A DNA stretch of 20,000 nucleotides, taken from an uncultured virus (IMG/VR IMGVR_UViG_2724679368_000003). Lineage: Duplodnaviria > Heunggongvirae > Uroviricota > Caudoviricetes. Below are positions 15,221-20,000 of the stretch, in pieces (the stretch's first letter is position 1; each line of letters begins with the position of its first letter). The notes under the pieces are model-generated. The model was not told the origin of the DNA, searched no databases, and saw only the letters and a program-made list of their open reading frames with translations. The position numbers were made by a program, and so were the translations under genes. The stretch lies in IMG/VR virus record IMGVR_UViG_2724679368_000003, one strand, 5' to 3'.

Positions 15221-18137
15221 TAAGAACCTCCGCTTGCAGGTTTCTTTAAGTGCCATTGATAAAGTGACCAAGCCCTTTAAATCTATGTTGGCCAGCAATA
15301 AGATGCTGGCCGCATCGATTAAAAATTCCAAACAAGAGCTTAAACAACTCAATAGCCAGGCGGCTAATATTGAGGGCTTTCGTAAGAACAAAGCGGCGGT
15401 TAATGGTGCCGCTCAGGCATTGGCCGCCGCCCGCGATAAAGCGCGCCAGCTTGCTAATGAATTAAAAAACAGTGCGGCACCCACTGCAAAGCAAGCCAGA
15501 GAGTTTAAGCGCGCCAGCGAAGCCGCCGCCAAACTAAAACAAAAATACAATGACTTACGCATCGCGCTACATACCCAGCGCAGCGCATTACAAAGCAGCG
15601 GCGTTGCCACTAACCGATTAGGTCAGGCACAGCGATCCCTTAAAGCCAATATCACCAGCACCACCGCCGCGCTGACTGCGCAACAGCGCCGGTTAGAGCA
15701 GCAAGCGCAGCAACAACAGCGCCTCAGTGCCGCCCGTAACCGCTTTGATAGCAGCAATCAACGCAAAGCCATTGCCGCCGGGCTGGGTTACACCTCGCTC
15801 TCCACCGGCCGCGCCATGGGCCGCGGGATTGGGAACGCCCTGCATGTCGGTTATGAATTTGACGCCATGATGAGCGGTACCCAGGCGGTAACCCGCATTA
15901 AAGATAAAAACTCGCCCGAAATGCAAGCCATGCGCCATCAGGCCCGTACTTTGCCGCTGTCCTCTAAATTTACCGACCTGCAAGTCGCCGAGGGCCAATA
16001 TTACCTTGGCCGCACCGGCTACAGCCCGAAACAGGTTGTTGGGGCAATGCCGGGTATGCTGAATTTAGCGGCGGCCGGTGATATCGATTTGGGTACCACC
16101 GCCGATATCGCGTCCAATATTCAAACCGCGATGGGTATCCCCGCCGAGAAAATGGATCGGGTGGCCGATGTGCTCACCGCCCTGTTTACCCGGAATAACG
16201 TGGATATTCCGATGTTGGGCGAATCCATGAAGTATTCCGGTGGCGTTGGCCGCGAATACGGGCAGAGTTTGGAGACAGTCGCAGCGTCTACCGCCATGCT
16301 AGGTAGCGCCGGTATTCAGGGTAGTCAGGCCGGTACCACCATGCGTAGCATCTTAAGCCGTATTGGTGGCTCCAGTACCGTTAAAGATTTAGGGGTTAAG
16401 ACGGCCGATAAAAACGGCAATATGCGCGATCTGGTGGATATCCTCAAAGATATCAATGAGAAAACCGCTAAAATGGGCAACGTTGAGCGCGGGGCTATCT
16501 TTAAGAGCATCGCCGGGCAATATGCCGTGACCGGTTTTGGCGTGCTGATGCACGCTGCCGGTAATGGCTCGTTGGATAAGATGCGCGGTCAGCCCGGTGA
16601 GTATGATGGCGAGGCGGCGCGCGTGGCAGCGACCAAGCTGGACAACTTAAAAGGCGACATGACTATTATTCATGCCGCCCTGGAAAACGTCAGCGTTGAA
16701 CTGTTTGAGAAAAATGACGCATGGCTTAGGTCAACAGCTAAAAGCATTACCGAGTTTATGCACGGTGTGGCCGAGTTCCTCAAAGCGCATCCAAAAATCA
16801 GCCTTGGCATTGTGCAGGTGGGTACCGCTGTCGCTATTGCTACCGCCGCATTCGGTGCATTGGCGATTGCCGTGGTCGGTATTTTGGGGCCATTCGCCCT
16901 ACTGCGTTTTACTACCTCAGTATTGGGCATCCGATTGTTGCCGCAGCTGTCGTTTGGTATGTCCAGACTGGCGAGCACTACTCCGATAACCACCCAGCAG
17001 ATCGGCAACTTTAGCCGCTCACTGCTTACCCTGTCTAAAAATGGCGGTCAGTCGGCGATTGCCACCCTTAAAGGGCTGGGTAATGGACTGGTTAATGTGG
17101 TGCGTTCGCCGGTTAAATCCGGCATCAGCGGTTTTAAAATGCTGGGTAATGGCATTAGCTGGCTGGCTAAATCTCCACTTAAATTCCTGCGTTTTGTCCT
17201 TGGTGGCTTAGGGGGCATGTTCGGGATATTAATCAGCCCCATCGGCCTGATTGGTGCGGCTATCGCGGGCGTTGGCCTGTTGATTTACAAGTATTGGAAT
17301 CCGATTAAGGCGTTTTTAGGCGGCGCGGTGGATGGCTTTATGCAAGCCGCCGCCCCGATTAGAGAGGCACTTAAACCGCTGGGGCCGGTGTTTGACTGGA
17401 TTGGTGATGCGGTTAAAAACGTGTGGAATTGGTTTAAAAAGCTATTGGAGCCGGTGCAATCCACCACCGCCGATTTAAACAGCGCTGCCGATGCCGGTAA
17501 ATCTTTCGGTAAATTTCTGGCCGATGGTATCAGCTTTGCCATGACACCGCTTAACGCGCTGATTTCATCCATTAAATGGGTGCTGGAAAAGCTGGATGAA
17601 GTGAAACAGCGCTCCGAGAAAACCCGCGAACTGGCACAGAGTAATCCGGCGCTAGCCGCCGCCGCTGGCAACTACGGTATTACATGGAAACCCGCCCCCA
17701 AGGGCAACAGTGCCGCTGATATCGCCGCGAAATACACCGGTGAATATGATAACGGCGGCACTATCCCGTTGGGTAAATTTGGCGTAGTCGGTGAGCATGG
17801 GCCAGAGATTATTAACGGCCCGGCACACATCACTGGCCGTCGCAATACTGCCGCCATGGCGGTTGCCGCTTCCATGCTATTTAGTGGCTATCAAGCTGCC
17901 GCCGCCCCGCTTCATCCGTACAGTTTACCAGCGACACAGTACCGCAATAATCACAGCGGCCAGACCAATAACCCGCCACAAAACCAAGCCAGCCATGCCG
18001 CGCTCATTATCAATATTTACCCGACGCCGCAGCAGGATGCACAGGATATTGCCCGCGAGGTGGCCCGTCAATTAGCGGCTTATCACCGAAACACGCAAAG
18101 CAAATCAAACCGCAGCTATCAAGACCATGACGACTAA
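15213..18137 (+). CDS. T: Tail tape measure protein (gpT)
   Basis: LRLQVSLSAIDKVTKP N-terminus, TP901-type core (AMPGMLNLAAAG...GIQGSQAGT), hydrophobic and W-repeat regions, C-terminal GEHGPE and DIAREVARQL; ~974 aa. Confidence 0.94.
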   Translation: MSDKNLRLQVSLSAIDKVTKPFKSMLASNKMLAASIKNSKQELKQLNSQAANIEGFRKNKAAVNGAAQALAAARDKARQLANELKNSAAPTAKQAREFKRASEAAAKLKQKYNDLRIALHTQRSALQSSGVATNRLGQAQRSLKANITSTTAALTAQQRRLEQQAQQQQRLSAARNRFDSSNQRKAIAAGLGYTSLSTGRAMGRGIGNALHVGYEFDAMMSGTQAVTRIKDKNSPEMQAMRHQARTLPLSSKFTDLQVAEGQYYLGRTGYSPKQVVGAMPGMLNLAAAGDIDLGTTADIASNIQTAMGIPAEKMDRVADVLTALFTRNNVDIPMLGESMKYSGGVGREYGQSLETVAASTAMLGSAGIQGSQAGTTMRSILSRIGGSSTVKDLGVKTADKNGNMRDLVDILKDINEKTAKMGNVERGAIFKSIAGQYAVTGFGVLMHAAGNGSLDKMRGQPGEYDGEAARVAATKLDNLKGDMTIIHAALENVSVELFEKNDAWLRSTAKSITEFMHGVAEFLKAHPKISLGIVQVGTAVAIATAAFGALAIAVVGILGPFALLRFTTSVLGIRLLPQLSFGMSRLASTTPITTQQIGNFSRSLLTLSKNGGQSAIATLKGLGNGLVNVVRSPVKSGISGFKMLGNGISWLAKSPLKFLRFVLGGLGGMFGILISPIGLIGAAIAGVGLLIYKYWNPIKAFLGGAVDGFMQAAAPIREALKPLGPVFDWIGDAVKNVWNWFKKLLEPVQSTTADLNSAADAGKSFGKFLADGISFAMTPLNALISSIKWVLEKLDEVKQRSEKTRELAQSNPALAAAAGNYGITWKPAPKGNSAADIAAKYTGEYDNGGTIPLGKFGVVGEHGPEIINGPAHITGRRNTAAMAVAASMLFSGYQAAAAPLHPYSLPATQYRNNHSGQTNNPPQNQASHAALIINIYPTPQQDAQDIAREVARQLAAYHRNTQSKSNRSYQDHDD

Positions 18138-18148
18138 GGAGTAATCAC

Positions 18149-18613
18149 ATGATGATGGCATTAGGGATGTTTGTCTTTATGCTGCAAACCGTCCCTTATC
18201 AAGATTTTCAGCATCAAATGGCATGGCGTCACCCCTCAAATGCCCGCATTGGCTTACGGCCAATCAGTCAATTTTTAGGGCCAGATGAAGAGTCTATTAC
18301 GCTATCCGGTGTGCTATACCCTGAATTGACTGGCGGTAAAATCTCACTCATGGCGCTGCAACTGATGGCTGAAACCGGCAAAGCCTGGTCATTGATTGAA
18401 GGGAACGGCGCTATTCATGGCATGTTTGTCATTGAGAATCTTAGCCGCACCAAAAGTATTTTTTTCAGTGACGGGTCGGCGCGGAAAATTGAGTTTACGC
18501 TCACGCTAAAGCGCACCGATGAATCTTTGAAAGAGATGTTTGGTGATTTATCTCAGCAATTTGACGATATCGCTACTCAAATATCGGACACTGCCAGCGG
18601 ATTATTATCATGA
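18149..18613 (+). CDS. U: Tail protein U
   Basis: MMALGMFVFMLQTVPYQ...WRHPSN.R.G...QFLGP...LSGVLYPE.TGG...DGSARKIEFTLTL. Confidence 0.95.
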   Translation: MMMALGMFVFMLQTVPYQDFQHQMAWRHPSNARIGLRPISQFLGPDEESITLSGVLYPELTGGKISLMALQLMAETGKAWSLIEGNGAIHGMFVIENLSRTKSIFFSDGSARKIEFTLTLKRTDESLKEMFGDLSQQFDDIATQISDTASGLLS

Positions 18614-19710
18614 CCATAATCGATAGCCTGTTAAATAACGGGCATAACGCGCCGGATTATTCTATTAAAGTCGACGGTGTAGATAAAAGCGGCGGCATTA
18701 AAAAGCGATTAATGTCATTAACCTTGACGGATAATCGCGGCTTTGAAGCTGATCAGCTTGATATTGAATTGGATGATTCAGACGGTCAATTAGTGTTGCC
18801 ACGTCGCGGGGCGAAAATAGCGGTTGCGCTGGGCTGGCAAGGGTCGGCGCTAATTGATAAAGGCGTATTTACCGTGGATGAAATAGAGCACAGCGGCGCA
18901 CCGGACAAGCTGACTATTCGCGCCCGCAGTGCGGATTTTCGTGAAACGCTGAATGTTCGCCGCGATCAGTCTTACCATAAAACCACCATTGGCGGGATCA
19001 TTAAAATAATTGCCGAGCGCAATAAACTCAACCCAACTTTAAATAAAGCCATGTCTGATTTAACGGTTGACCATATAGACCAAACCAACGAATCAGACGG
19101 TAATTTAATAACCCGATTAGCGAAACAATATGGCGCTATTGCCGCCGTAAAAAATGGCAATCTGTTATTTATCAAACAAGGCCAATCGAAAACCGCCAGC
19201 GGTAAACCGATACCAGTCATGACCGTTATCCGCAGTTTGGGTGACGGCCATCAATTTAGTATGGCTGACCGGGGCGCATATACCGGCGTCGTGGCGAACT
19301 GGCTTAACACCCGCACCACCGAAAAACCAGCGGTAAAAGTAAAGCGTAAACGCAAGACGAAAAGCAGCGCCAAGCCCAAGAAGCCAGAAGAGAAACAGGG
19401 CGAATATCTGATAGGTACGGATGAAAATGTACTGACCTTGCGCACCACTTACGCCAGCAAGAACAACGCACAGCGGGCGGCTAAATCGAATTGGGAACGG
19501 CTGCAACGGGGTGCGGCGAAATTCTCTATTCAACTTGCCAAAGGTCGCGCCGATCTCTATCCCGAAGTGCCGGTTAAAGTGACCGGATTCAAAAAGCAGA
19601 TTGATGAAGCTGATTGGACGCTGGTCACTGTTACCCATTCGGTGAGTGGCAGCGGCTTTACTACCGCGCTGGAATTAGAGGTGAAAATAGATGATTTGGA
19701 TATGGAATGA
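18610..19710 (+). CDS. D: Baseplate hub / late control D protein
   Basis: RLMSLTLTDNRGFEADQLDIELDD...KGVFTVDEIEHSGAPD...HIDQTNESD...GFTTALELE. Confidence 0.95.
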   Translation: MTIIDSLLNNGHNAPDYSIKVDGVDKSGGIKKRLMSLTLTDNRGFEADQLDIELDDSDGQLVLPRRGAKIAVALGWQGSALIDKGVFTVDEIEHSGAPDKLTIRARSADFRETLNVRRDQSYHKTTIGGIIKIIAERNKLNPTLNKAMSDLTVDHIDQTNESDGNLITRLAKQYGAIAAVKNGNLLFIKQGQSKTASGKPIPVMTVIRSLGDGHQFSMADRGAYTGVVANWLNTRTTEKPAVKVKRKRKTKSSAKPKKPEEKQGEYLIGTDENVLTLRTTYASKNNAQRAAKSNWERLQRGAAKFSIQLAKGRADLYPEVPVKVTGFKKQIDEADWTLVTVTHSVSGSGFTTALELEVKIDDLDME

Positions 19711-19784
19711 TGATTTTTAATCAATAATCACGCATAATTATCATTAACACCGGCCATAGCCGGGATGATGCCGGAGTCCGGATC

Positions 19785-20000
19785 ATGTTCAATTGCCCTT
19801 TATGCCATAGCGCAGCCCATACCCGCAGCAGCAGCCAAATCACCACCGAAACCAAAGAGCGCTATCACCAGTGCATCAATGTGAATTGCGGCCATACCTT
19901 TGTGACGATGGAAAGTTTTATGCGTTCAATCTCCAAGCCCGGCGAAATTAACCCTGTCATACCCCACCCTCAAACAGGCGGCCAAGTTGTTATGTTCTGA
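19785..20000 (+). CDS. ogr: Ogr/Delta-family zinc-finger late transcription activator
   Basis: MFNCPLC..AAHTRSS...KERYHQCINVNCGHTFVT.E (C2C2); GGAG SD; TGA at 19998-20000. Confidence 0.95.
   Translation: MFNCPLCHSAAHTRSSSQITTETKERYHQCINVNCGHTFVTMESFMRSISKPGEINPVIPHPQTGGQVVMF

Larger units (their letters stand above)
1..20000. mobile_element. P2-like temperate phage/prophage, late gene region (terminase to ogr); extends beyond both window ends
   Basis: Canonical P2 synteny P-O-N-M-L-X-lysis-R-S-V-W-J-I-H-G-FI-FII-E-T-U-D-ogr, with recognisable proteins and Ogr sites. Confidence 0.97.

Noticed and set aside
1..20000. CRISPR array, tRNA/rRNA, IS transposase, and the remaining short overlapping ORFs
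   Set aside because: No regularly spaced repeats, RNA gene signatures or transposase seen; the other short ORFs overlap well-supported phage genes in alternative frames

Overview
The window holds almost the whole late (virion) region of an apparently intact P2-like (Peduovirus-type) prophage from an enterobacterium. The host may be Yersinia, inferred only from two intergenic repeats recognised from memory. Gene order is P(-) / O N M L X, lysis cassette, R S, accessory locus, V W J I H G, FI FII E/E' T U D, ogr. Three Ogr-type activator sites (TGT-N12-ACA) are visible, serving four late promoters, as is the E/E' -1 frameshift site. The main departures from P2 are as follows. (1) An AT-rich S-V accessory locus carries a three-gene cassette I cannot assign to a family: a 233-aa protein translationally coupled to a 57-aa two-TM peptide missed by the ORF track, and a divergent 79-aa two-TM protein. 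(2) A degenerate duplicate of the gpS 3' end lies 1385 bp downstream and brackets this cassette; a BrnT/BrnA toxin-antitoxin pair follows. (3) The lysis module is mosaic: a lambda-S-like dual-start holin, an M15 peptidase endolysin, and no lysA. (4) Two MITE-like structured inserts lie inside late operons (M-L and FII-E).
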